Shown: piece after piece, positions 37,452-50,668 of the stretch
Position numbering within the stretch: the first letter of the stretch is position 1
Layout: the number at the start of each line of letters is the position of its first letter
Assembly: GCA_907165135.1 (NCBI GenBank)
Contig: OU015568.1
Location: 5,952,001 to 6,016,000 of the forward strand
From: Oikopleura dioica
Lineage: Eukaryota; Animalia; Chordata
Reading direction: 5' to 3'
Length of the DNA: 64,000 nt
The notes under the pieces: model-generated
Told to the model about the DNA's origin: nothing
The model's database searches: none
The model's input: only the letters and a program-made list of their open reading frames with translations
Position numbers and translations under genes: made by a program

Positions 37452-40400
37452 TCAGTATTTGATAATTTCTTTAACTCGACCTCGATCTAAAAATATCGAC
37501 GTCGATCCCAATATTTTGCTTTCTTCCTCCACATGAGTGCTCACCAAAACGCCTTTGTTTAATTTTTCAAACACTTGAAGCAAGCTTTTCATTTTGATCC
37601 TCGCTGACGGGTCCAGACCGCTCTAGAAAAAAAATTAATAATACAGAAAAAGAAGCAAGCACTCACGGAAGGTTCATCAAGAACGATGAAATCCGGGTTG
37701 TTGAGAATCGAAATGGCGACGGACAATTTTCGCTTAGCTCCTCCAGAAAGCTCTTTCGTCAGTCTTTTGGAATATTTGACAATATCCACGAGGGAACTGA
37801 TTTCCTTCGCGACTCGCTGGCAGTTTTCGATTCCTCTTGTTCCGAGTAAGATTTCGATCGTTTCTTCTACCGTCAAGTTGTCTAGCAGACAATCTTGCTG
37901 TCTGCAATACCCGATTCTTCCTGATCTCGAAATGAAGCCACTTGATGGGGTCTTTAATTGACAGAGAATGCTCAAGAGCGTTGTTTTTCCAGCCCCGTTT
38001 GAGCCGAGAAGACAGATGGTTTCCCCACGATGAAGGTTGAAAGAAACATCTTTCAGTACTTCCTTCTTTCGCTGCTTTTCTATTAAAGGGTCTCAAAATG
38101 AAGAATCGAGAAAATAAAAGAATGAAGAATTTTAGACCGTCCTTTGTAGATTTTGGTGATATTTTTGATTTGAATGGATTCTTCTGAATTAGGAACAGAA
38201 TTCGTTTCTTCAATGGGTGTTAGTTCATCATCGCAGTTTTCAAGGAAAAAGAGAATCATCCAGTAGATAGACGAAAGACCAAAGCATCTGTTTCCATGGT
38301 TGTTAAAAAATTAAACGATTTTGTAACCTTTTATTTTCTCCAACCATTTTCTTATCCACGAATTGCCAGATATTCTGACCACGCTCATCGAATCAATCTG
38401 TATCGCTTGGCAAAAGAAAGATACTCCCGTGGTCTTTTTACTGATGCATAATTTCGAGAAAGAATTTGACGAATAGATTTCAAAAGCTCGATCGCGAAGT
38501 TGTACGAAGGCAGAATTCCATACAGCTGAAAGAGAAGAGAAGACTCTTGCTCGTTTCCGGTGAAGATCTGCGCGCAGGTGGCGGACATGAACATCAGAAC
38601 CGTGCAAATGATGTTGACGTTGCTGTGGTGGCCGATGAAGGAGCCTTTGTCTTCTGATAGATGGCCGAGGATGAAAGCTACCGGCATGTGGGCAATAAAG
38701 AATCGGATGCAGACGAAAAAGACGGGCGAGAATTCGTCGAGTCCGAGGAGAAAATTCGGCGATTTGATGAAAAACTCGTCGCTGCCATCGTTGCGACAAG
38801 AAGTAGCACTGACTGTATTAGACAGGTGACGTACTGGATGAGCCAGAAGTGATGCCTTTTCAGGTTCGATGTATGCGCTTGAATTTGCCTGAAGCCAGTT
38901 GTTCTCTCCTCCACTGCGTTCATTCCAATCGGCGCCATCATCAGCATCATCGCCAAAATACAGTTGTAGACTACGGTCATTCCTTTCACAAACGAATCTG
39001 TAAAGAGCGCGTCTCCCTCCGGCTGGGGAAGATCAAAGGGCTTGTGGGTCAGAAACATGCTCGAGTTGCTCTTTGCTTTTGAAGAAGGGTTCGATGAGAA
39101 TGAAGGAGAGCAGCTGGAGGAGCGTGGAAAAAGTCGTTCGGGAACAAAGAAAAGTCGTAGTCTGGAAGGTGGACGATTCCGTTCAGTCCCGTTCCGATCG
39201 TTTTCAGCACATCGTCGAAATTGACCGTTGATGCTTCCGGGCTTGCGCTTCTATTGCTGTCGAGGAAGATGTCTGTCAAGATGATCACGGCTGTCGGGAG
39301 GAGAAACTGCATTAAGAGGATGAAAGGATTTCTTTTCAGAAGAATAAAGCACTTTCGAAGCTGAGTAAGGAGAATTGACGAAATTTGATCGTCACTTTTT
39401 TGGCTTTCTGAAGGGCTTTTTCAAGGACTTCGTAACTTTTTATTCGTTCTTCTAGCTGCCAATTTCCTTTCTCTGTATTGACTGGATCAAAAAATGAGGA
39501 CAGTCTGAATGAGGGTTCGTCTTTCATCATTTCTTTGAGCGATCCAGACTCGGGAAGCTGCCCATCTTTCAAGAAAATCACCGAGTTCGCTAAGTTTTCC
39601 GCTTCGTCCATGTAATGAGTCGACATGAGAATAGAAGTCGCGCTTGATAAACTTTTCAATATTCCCCAGAGTTCCTTTCTAGAGACCGGGTCAAGTCCGG
39701 AGGATGGTTCGTCCAAAAGCAATCTTTTCGGACGGCCGATGATGGAGAGCCCTAAAGAAAGCTTTCGAAGCATACCGCCCGAAAGCTGATTCGGAAAGTT
39801 TTCGAGCTTTTCGGAAAGTTGAACGTCTTTTGCCAAGGATTCAATCTCTTCATGGTCAAAAGAAGATTCAGCCGAGAGTTCGGAGAAGATTTCAAAATGC
39901 TCCTTCACCGTCAAAAATTCAAAGAAAATGTTGTGCTGCGGACAGTATCCGCAATTCCCGCTGCCGATGAGGTCTGATCCAGATGTGGGCTCAACAAATC
40001 CGCATAGAATGCTCAACAGCGTCGATTTTCCTGATCCATTTTCGCCGAGAAGAACTGTTATTGTCTTTTCTTCAGTTTTGAAGGAAACGTTTTTCAAGGC
40101 GACTTGACCGGAAGAAGAGTAGAATTTCGATAAATTTTGCACTTCGAAGCGAAAAGCGTCCGTTTTCTTCTGGGAGTTGAGTTTTCTGCTCTTTATGTTC
40201 TCAATTTTGAGAGTGAGGTAGAAGTAAAACAGCGTCGTGAGAAGAAGATAGAAGATAACATCGACCATTCCCAGTGGATCTTCAAAGAAAATTCTCTTGA
40301 AGAAATTCTTATTGAGAGACAAGGCCATCTTTTTGCCTTCGTAATGGCAGATCATGTCGCAGCCCAATGCGAGCAAAATTGTTGGATTGAGAATGATCGC

Positions 40401-41668
40401 AATTTTCAGCAGAAATGGCATGAGACGCCAGCTGGTCGAGATAAATCCATGCGGGACGGAAATGAAGAAAATGATCGCCGAAGTCACTGTTGCCGCCGTT
40501 GTTGGCGTCTTGAAAAATGTCGAAGCAAAGTGACAGACGAAAATCAAGGAAGAACCATAAGCAGTGAGAAGAAGCCAGATAACGGAAAACGAAGTGTGGG
40601 GAAAGATCGCGCCGTTGGTCGAAATCTTCGCAGTCAACGAGAAGGAAACGATGGCAGAAGCGATCGATTGAAAAACCAAACTGACGAAGTGGTGCGCTAG
40701 AATGATGTCCTTCGGCGACGCGCCAACGAGAGACAGGTAATCCAGTCGATGTTCTTCCCTATGGCGAGTGATAGTCCGAATCACGTGTTGGACAAAATGC
40801 GCAAATCCGATCATGAAAATCAGGTGGAGTTGTTGCCGCGCCATTTCCGCAAAAGTCGCAGTCAGTTTGACCGACTGTCGAAACGGCTGTAAAATTTGTT
40901 CAGCATCATTTTTGACGCCGTTTTGCTCTAGAAACTGTTTCTGAATCGAGTTCTGCACGGGTAGAAATGCTTCGGTGTAGTAGAGCGACCACTGAGAATG
41001 ATCGTCGATCAAAGTTGAGCCGATTGTGTTCGTAATCATTTTCCCAAAAATCGTCGGAGAGGTCAAATGCCCCATCCAGCCCTTCCAATTTCCCTTGATT
41101 GGATATTTTCCAGCAGTTGGAACTGTTCGAATCGTAAAATCTAGCTTTTTAGAAACTTCTGAATGAAAATGAACGCCGAGGAAAATATTCAAAGTGCTAT
41201 TTTTCGATCGGGAATGAATGTACTCTTCCATGTCTTCAACTGTCGAAAATCCTTTCGGCACAATTCTTTTCTTTTGAGAAATGTTGCCGAAAAAGTCGTA
41301 GCCGCTGAATTTTCGACCGATGTCGGAGCAGGTTTTGTTGATGATTTCAAAGTTACGAGGAGTGTCTGGAGTGAAGAGGATCTCATGAGTGTCGACCACG
41401 GAGAATCGTTTGGGATAGACTTTTGACGAAATTATTGGCGGGAGGTTTACTTGCGGCGTGTCGTAATCTCTCGCTGAAAATTAAGATAGAGATTGGACGA
41501 GGGAATTTTCTTACCGATTGATTCCCTGAAACTGAGAAGCAAAATCGAGCTCAAAGAAGGAACCGTCAAGAGAAGAACCAAATCCAGCGGCTTTCTCAGC
41601 TTTTCTAGCAAGAACAGTCGAGCGAGGGTCCAAAATTTTCTCTTTGATATTTTTGAATTTTTCTTCAT
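37452..41668 (-). CDS. ABCA: Full-length (TMD-NBD)x2 ABCA-subfamily transporter, compact
   Basis: NBD1: GENGSGKST, YCPQHN, LSGGM, LLLDEPSSGLDP, STH. NBD2: GSNGAGKTT, LSGGA, VLDEPS|SGLDP, STH. Two TM blocks. At least one homopolymer indel is needed (38770-38774), and the exon structure of TMD2 is partly uncertain. Confidence 0.85.
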
Positions 41669-42045
41669 TTTCGAAGAAAATTGATCAGTAAGGAAAATTA
41701 TCAAGTGCGTTGTCTTGAAATAAGCCGCGCAATCTTTGAACCTCGCACTCAAGTTCAGAGTCTGAGCTTCAGACTTTTCTGCTTTTTTGAGGTCAAATTC
41801 GACGAGTTGGGAGTCTTTGTGACTTTTATGTTCTGGAAAATTGAATAAAAAGGAACAATGGTATTAAATCTCAAACAGAAATTCAAGAACGCCAAAAGCT
41901 AAGATTTTTCTAACCTCTTATTTTAGGTTCATTTCTTTATTTCAAGTACGAAGGTCACCTTTTTTGTCACGTTGGTCCACAATGTCTTCACCAAGCTAGT
42001 CTAGGCAGGGCAACACTTTGTAAACAATATCAGCAAAATTTTGAA

Positions 42046-42653
42046 ATGAAACTTTTCGGACTTTTTGCTGGTCTCGCTGCAGCTCAAGATTTTCGCGTGC
42101 TCAATGGAGCGGCTGAAGATTTGGACAAGATCATTCGTTCGTCTTCTGGCAACTTCAAAGAGGTAAGTATTCGCTTCAATTGATTTTTTAATCATGTATC
42201 AGATCTTTGAAAAAGTCGCGAACTACGATTTCGAGCGACCAAGAGAATGCCACAGCGAGAAAATGACGATCGAGGAAGGCGTTGCCTGCGTCCAACAGGG
42301 CTTCAGCCAGATTCTAGAGTTTGCATGTAAGTTCTTTCAAGCACCACTCAGCTTACCCGCCTTGCCTAGCAGAGACTTTCGCGGAGACCTCGGAAAACTT
42401 GGTAAAAGACGGAGCCTACGACCGTGTGGTCGAGCGAGCATCGGCATTGACGGAACAAATGAAAAAGAGCCTGGAAGAAGCCGGATTTAATCTTGAAAAG
42501 GACCTCGAAAATAGAGACGAGAATATCACAGAAAAAGATGGTCTGTGAGATTTTTTTCAGAACGGATTTTAATTTTATTTAGTTGAAGAATATTTCGAAA
42601 ATTTCCAAAAAATCATGAAAGAAGCATTTCCTTCCTTCGGAAAACGAAATTAA
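42046..42653 (+). CDS. Secreted helical protein, family member C (4 exons)
   Basis: MKLFGLFAGLAAAQDFRVLNGAAEDLDKIIRSSSGNFKE|IFEKVANYDFERPRECHSEKMTIEEGVACVQQGFSQILEFA|SETFAE...|VEEYFENFQKIMKEAFPSFGKRN*; all introns GT-AG. Confidence 0.75.
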
Positions 42654-43589
42654 CTGAATTGCTGAATAAACAAAACTACCGGACAAAAGCGTTTTATTGA
42701 TAAGAAGAGCGAAAGCTGAAGTTGCGGGAGAGTCTTCGCAGTCGATTTGTTCCTGCTCGGATGAGTACTGCCGGCTTTTTGAGGAAGATTTCGTAAAATC
42801 TTGGATTGTTTCCGACAAAAAATTCTATTAAAATTCTCGTTTTCGGAAACATTCATGAAGCTGTAGACACAAAGAGCGACAACTTCACGGCGTTCGTAAA
42901 TTATCTAATTAATATAAAATGTTGCTGAAAAGAAAGCCGTTCGTAAAATGACTAGGAAAAGAAAAGGGCTGATCTTCGAAAGTTCTCTGCTAGTTGTTTT
43001 GTTTTCTTAAAAAGCTACAAATTAATCTTTCGAATTTGATTGTCTACCACAGTCCATCTTGAGAATCTGTCTTGAAAACGAAAATCTTTATTTTGAAAAT
43101 GAAGCTTTCCATTTCTCAAAAAAAGCTGCTTGAGTTTGAAATTAAAAATAATGAGACAATCTAACGCTAAATCAACGTCTCAGACGAGTTCATTACAGTC
43201 GCGAAAATCAGTTTCGAAAATCAAATTACAGAATAATTTATTTGTTTCAATTTAAAAGAGCTTTTCCCCGCTCGGGCTCGGGCGGAACGCGTCGGAAGCG
43301 GGCGGAGTGTAGACTTCAGTTTGACTAATTTGGCTCAGGATTGGCCGGAGCGCGCTCTCCGCCTCCAATAGTGGCCAATGAGCCGTGCATTTTAACAATT
43401 TCCTTTCTGAAAAAATTTCTCCGCCGAGATCTAAAGAACGCCACAATATAACAACAAAAGAGCCACCAAACGCCGTAAAAATTTCACCCGTGAAATTGTC
43501 TTTTTTACCTTTTTTTGAGAAAGAAAGAGATATAAGAAGAAGACTCTGTTACATAAATTCCTGTTAGATCATTTCAATGAAGGTTACGA

Positions 43590-43760
43590 GGCCTTAGTCA
43601 GGATCTAAATTAAAATATCATTAATGGAAAGCCGCGTAGCGGCTTTTTAAAAAAACAAAGCCGCAAAAAAGAATTAAAATATCAACAGAAAGGGTCATTT
43701 GAAGCGGCTTCGTTTCCAAAAAAGCCGCTACGAGGCTTTTCATTAATGATTTTTGAGATC
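43590..43760. mobile_element. Degenerate MITE with AAGCCGC/GCGGCTT hairpins
   Basis: ccttagtcagg core plus inverted attaatggaaagccgcgtagcggc / gccgctacgaggcttttcattaat. Confidence 0.6.
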
Positions 43761-44460
43761 GCCGACTCTTTGAAATTCAATAATGACGTACCAAACTGGC
43801 TAATCGTCAAATATTGAATGAGAACGGCAGAATCACTTTCCCAAGATTCAAATCTGATCGCAAAATTGCTTTTCGCTCTTCGTTGATTTCAACAAAAAAG
43901 AGACAAAAAAGATCGCTTTGACCTTTTCGATGATTTTCGGAAAGAATAAAAAGTCTGTTATTGTTTCCGTAGCTAAGTTTTTGTACTGTGTTTCTTGAGA
44001 ACCCGGCGAGATTAAGAAACTTAGAGAACAATGAGAAGCAACTCATCGAATGATTAATTTTTGCCGCGAAGATTAAAGAAATATATCGAATTATTTTGAA
44101 GCTGATTTATGTATTTGTGAACCTCTTTTCAACCCTTCTTTATATCAAAAATGATCTACTTCTGACTCATCTTCTCCGAAAAAGCTCATACTCAGACGAT
44201 TACCCCCTCATTTTCCCCTGAATGCCTCTTTTTTCCATCAGTTGGAATCCATTTTATTCAGCGTTATCGATTTTCCAATCGCTATTTACCGAAAAGCGCC
44301 TCGATCATGGCCAGCGAGCACTGCTTGTTTTTAATACTGTTTTTGGCGGATTCTAACAAAATTGTTTCTTTTCAGATTATTTTTATTTCTTTATGAAGTT
44401 TCGAAAATCGTGAAAATTGAGAAGGAAGAGAGAAGGGCTTTTTGAAAGAAAAATCTCAAA

Positions 44461-46432
<1,972 letters not shown>

Positions 46433-47091
46433 AAATTCAAAAAGCCAACTCACGCACAAGTTTCTTCTCCTCACCTTATACAGTATTCTACTTATTCATC
46501 ACAGTATTTCAAAAAGAACCAACAACGATGATAATGAACATTCACTTTCCTCACTCTTTCCGAGCTTCCACTGCTACCCCTTAAGAAAACTCTATTCAAA
46601 AGTGATTCTAGTCCAGAATAAAACCCAAAAATTCTTATCTTATTATCAAAATTGAGCTCTTGACCTGTATTTTCCAAAAAATCATGAACAAATGAACCTA
46701 CCCTTAAAATTCTTAATTTCTCAACATGTTCTATTATTTCCAAATCGATAAAATCGTATCTGTACATTTTGGCTCCTCAAATTTAAAATTTTTGCGTCTT
46801 GAAATTACATTCCTGAAAAACTCTACTTACTTTTGCCTTAAAAAACGCGTTCAAAAAAGAAGAATAAACATGAAAATATGAAAAATTCAAATTGAAATAA
46901 ACCAAAATGCTAAAATGAAAGAAACACGCTCAAAAGGGACCTCGTCTCTTTTTCAGTAAATTTTGAAAAATATACCTTTATCATTTATTTTTTCGGAACT
47001 ACAGAATTTGAAATAAAGTGAGAAAATTGCACCATGCAGGATTTTTTTTTACAGAAAAAGAAGAAAAAGGAACATTTAGGAAAAAAAGGAA

Positions 47092-48245
47092 CTATTGAAA
47101 ACTAGTGAAGGAGGCAGGAGAAGGAGCAGGGGACATGACGGGGGTATCGGGAACGGGAGCAAAGGCAGGGACGCGTGGCAGTTGACGTTTGCTTTCGGAC
47201 TTGACTAGTTTGATCTCGGCGTTGGGGAAGCGCGGGAAGATCTGAAAGCGGAATTGATCAATGAAAGATGATGAAGGATGTACTGCTATTCATACGACTC
47301 TACCTATAACCGCAGGCCGAGGAAGGTGTTGAAGCCATCCGAATTCAAAGGGGAGGGTCCCTCCCCGAGGAGAACTTCGCCCCTCCCTCGGCCTACAGCC
47401 TCGGAAAGAGAAAAATACCTTGATTTCCGGGTTGTTGAACTGCTTATGAACTTTGAGCGCGCTTTTATACTCGGCAAATCGAACCATTACTGCTCTTGCA
47501 TGGCCTTGAACTAAAGAAAAGTGTTACCAAAGAATTCGTTGAGGATCAAACCTGAGGATATCTTGACGATTTCTCCAAATTTTTCCATGTGACTTCTTAT
47601 AAAATCTTTTCTGAAGGTCTTTTCGCGGAGTCCTCTGATCATGACGGCGGTGGGTTTTGTCGAACTCTTGGCCCTTTCGACTTTTGCTTTTGCCTCTTCC
47701 TTTCGCTTTTTCTGAAGATAATTTTAAGGCCGTTAAAAATGATTGACTTTTCTACCTTTTCGGAGATAACGATGCTTTTAACAATTTGATTTCTGAGTTC
47801 TTCTTGCTGGTGCGCTTCGTAATTCAACAAACGGCCTTTTATATTATCGCCTTGGACTTCGAAGCTTCGCGAGTTGCCGTCTTTGAAGAACTTGACTCGG
47901 TCTTCTTTTTCTTGGTTGTATCGTTCGCGACGCTTGGCATCTGGAACAAGTAGTTTTTCGTCTTTTAAGGTCTTTTTGAATATTCATATATAGAGAGAAA
48001 TCAAAGAAACAATGACAAAGCCGCGCTTTTCGCGGCTAACCATTTCCCGTTTCGTAGCCGCAAGCGGCTTCTCTATCCCAGCAATTATAAAAGGCCGTTC
48101 CTGATTTAGCAACGACCCTTCTCCGATTCGAAATCTCGGGGCAGAAGGGATTGGAAGTTCCGGAAGAAGAGCTTTTCGAGTTGACAATTTCTTTCGTTTT
48201 CTTGTCTAACAGATTCAGCCCCGTTGGGAAGACGAAACCTGACAT
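47092..48245 (-). CDS. RRM-domain-containing protein (multi-exon)
   Basis: A phase-consistent exon chain gives AVMIRGLREKTFRKDFIRSHMEKFGEIVKISS|VQGHARAVMVRFAEYKSALK, an RRM-like beta-alpha-beta pattern. Confidence 0.55.
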
Positions 48246-48470
48246 TCTTTAAGTTAATGGTCAAACAAAAATACCGATTTTCCGATTAAACTAGGGGAGG
48301 CACTAATAAGATTTTGTTTTCAAGAATTGAATTTTGAAGATGCGCGAGAAAAAATGAAGAATCTGAAGATATTCTTTTCAGGAATGAGTACTTTGAGTTG
48401 AAAAAGAAGAGAAAGAGAGGAGCAGATTTACAAAAATAGACAGGCAGGGAGTTATAATTAAGATTCAAAG

Positions 48471-50429
48471 TCACAAAATCATCATTTGTCCATGAAGTTT
48501 CTTCTGAGCTGCATCAACGATCGCGAACGCTGCTGAGAGGAGAGTTTTCGGGACGCTTTTTCCAGCGTTGATGACTTGAAAAGAAGGTAAGCAGTGCGCT
48601 AGAAATGATGATGGAATGGTTACCTCTTCGGTTGAAGATTCCTCGTAAAAAGAGATGGCTCGTTTCGGCAAGAGACTTTCGCTTTCGGTTTCAATCGAAG
48701 TCGGAAGCTCTGAAGTGAAGAGATAATGATTTTGCTGCGGAAGATAAAGAATTACCTGTCATGGCAGTACAGTCAAGCCCTTGCTCATCTGTTCCAATTA
48801 TAGTATTTCTTCCATAGATTACTGCGCTATTTGAACTTGGATTGTCAGAGATGCTCTTTTCCGACGTTGCGTTCTACAAAATATTTTCATTTTCCGGCAG
48901 AAATGAGCCATTCCTACCGTTAGATTCATCCTCGATCTTCGCAACGGCTTGGCAGGAGGCGTCGGACTCGTCGCGGAAGAAGTAGGGCCAGAAGAAAGCG
49001 TGTTTGAGGCGTTGGAATTGATCGTCTTTAGCGGCGTCTTTTTGACAGGGCTGACGCCGTTTGTCAAGTTGTCGGAAGAGACGAACAGTCGCGAAGCTCG
49101 CAGAGAACGGGCTCGATCAAGCGAGTGCGTATTCGACCGCTAAGGAGAGGTAGATGAGGGAGATAAGGGAGGTCTACCTTGAGCTTGCCGACTTGGTCGA
49201 TGAGTTCTGCCTGCGTTCGCTGGAATTTTCGGCCCTTGATTGTATTTCGCGTCGTTTCAACGCGGAAAAAGTGATGATGGTCGATTCCAATCAGCCAGAT
49301 TCGCTTCGCCACTCCTTAGATTGGCCATTTACGACGCGTCTTTATGGAAGAACAAACCTGTGGATGGGCAAATAAAGCCGATTTTCGTCTCCAAGTTGTT
49401 CACTATTCCAGCTCGTACTTTGACATAGAAGATATCTCGCTTGTAGCTGAGCTCGATTATCGTTGGCCAGGCGAATCTGTTCAACAAGATCGCTAGAAAT
49501 CAGATGGAAACGGTGGAGAAGGGGTTACTCTTACTGTTTTGCATGATGTAAATTCCGCCAAAATGGCAGGCCAGGACAAGATCCGTATTTTCCGCGTCCC
49601 GGACGTGAAATTGATGAAGCCTAAAAACGGTCAATTTCGCCAGCGAAATCAAAGAACTACCCATAAAGCGGTAATTTCGAAGCAGTTTCCAAATACTTCA
49701 GCTCCGCTTTTGAAGTCTTTAATCCATTGTGAGCCACGTGAAGGTCGGATATTCGTTGCATTAAGTTTTCGGAAACGTTTGGAGCGAGTTTGAGCGAGAC
49801 GAGGGCGTTGTGATCTTTTTGAGTGTACTGAACAGGAGCATCGCCTAGTTCAGCTTGAGCTGCTAGCGAACCTTTTTCAGGGCTTCATCAGTGTTTGAAT
49901 CTATCTTCGATCCTTTTTACTTGATTCTAGTGCTCTTGTCTCACTTCTTCAATGAGAGCTGAATCAAGGAAGATACGACATTTCTAGCTTATTTAATCGT
50001 TATGTTTTATTCTGTAAAGCCCTTTCCTAGCAATGCATGCGTAACAAATGAAGCGAGAAGTCGTCCCTTTGCAATATCGTCCCTCAGTTGGCGATACATG
50101 TACAATCTGGTGATTTCCTCGACCAAATAGGCCGGATCTGGCGGGTAGAGCTTCACGCAAAACTTCACCAGCCACGGCTCTTTTAGCTGCCTTCTTATTT
50201 CTTTATCCAGCCTTCAAAAACATCTCCAATCTCTTCAAAACAAAGAAGAATACCTGATCCACTTTCTTTGGTCGTTTTTCAGGGAAATATACAAGCCAAA
50301 GTATTCTTTCTCGCGAATGTCCAGTGAGTCGCACATCAAATCGAACAGCTTTTGCCCTGTCGCCTTCTTTTCGACCTCGAGGATCTTCGACTCTGCGCCA
50401 AAGACCTCGACTTGGATCTCTTTCTTCAT
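48471..50429 (-). CDS. FERM-domain protein (EPB41/EPB41L-like)
   Basis: [43 protein letters not shown]|[39 protein letters not shown] and [16 protein letters not shown]. Both termini are uncertain. Confidence 0.8.
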
Positions 50430-50668
50430 ATTTTCGAATTTGATTCTAGCGCCGTGTACGATTTCCAACTGATCATCTGAAGGGAGGAAAGAGTTAGGGG
50501 CTTTCAAGTTTCAACTTGGTCAGTGACTTTTGGGCAGAAATTTTAACTAAAAGGGGAAAATAGGAAGTTTTTCGTTCGGAACAATTTTAGCAGAACTGGC
50601 ATTTTAGACAGCTTTTGTCTAAGCAAAGATATTTCAGATAAAAGGGGGCAGAAAAGGAGTAAAAATAA

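Noticed and set aside
42650-44340. Possible small minus-strand gene fragments between family member C and Rac
   Set aside because: Could not assemble a phase-consistent ORF. The region also contains a CCAAT/GC-rich promoter-like patch (about 43260-43400) and a MITE.
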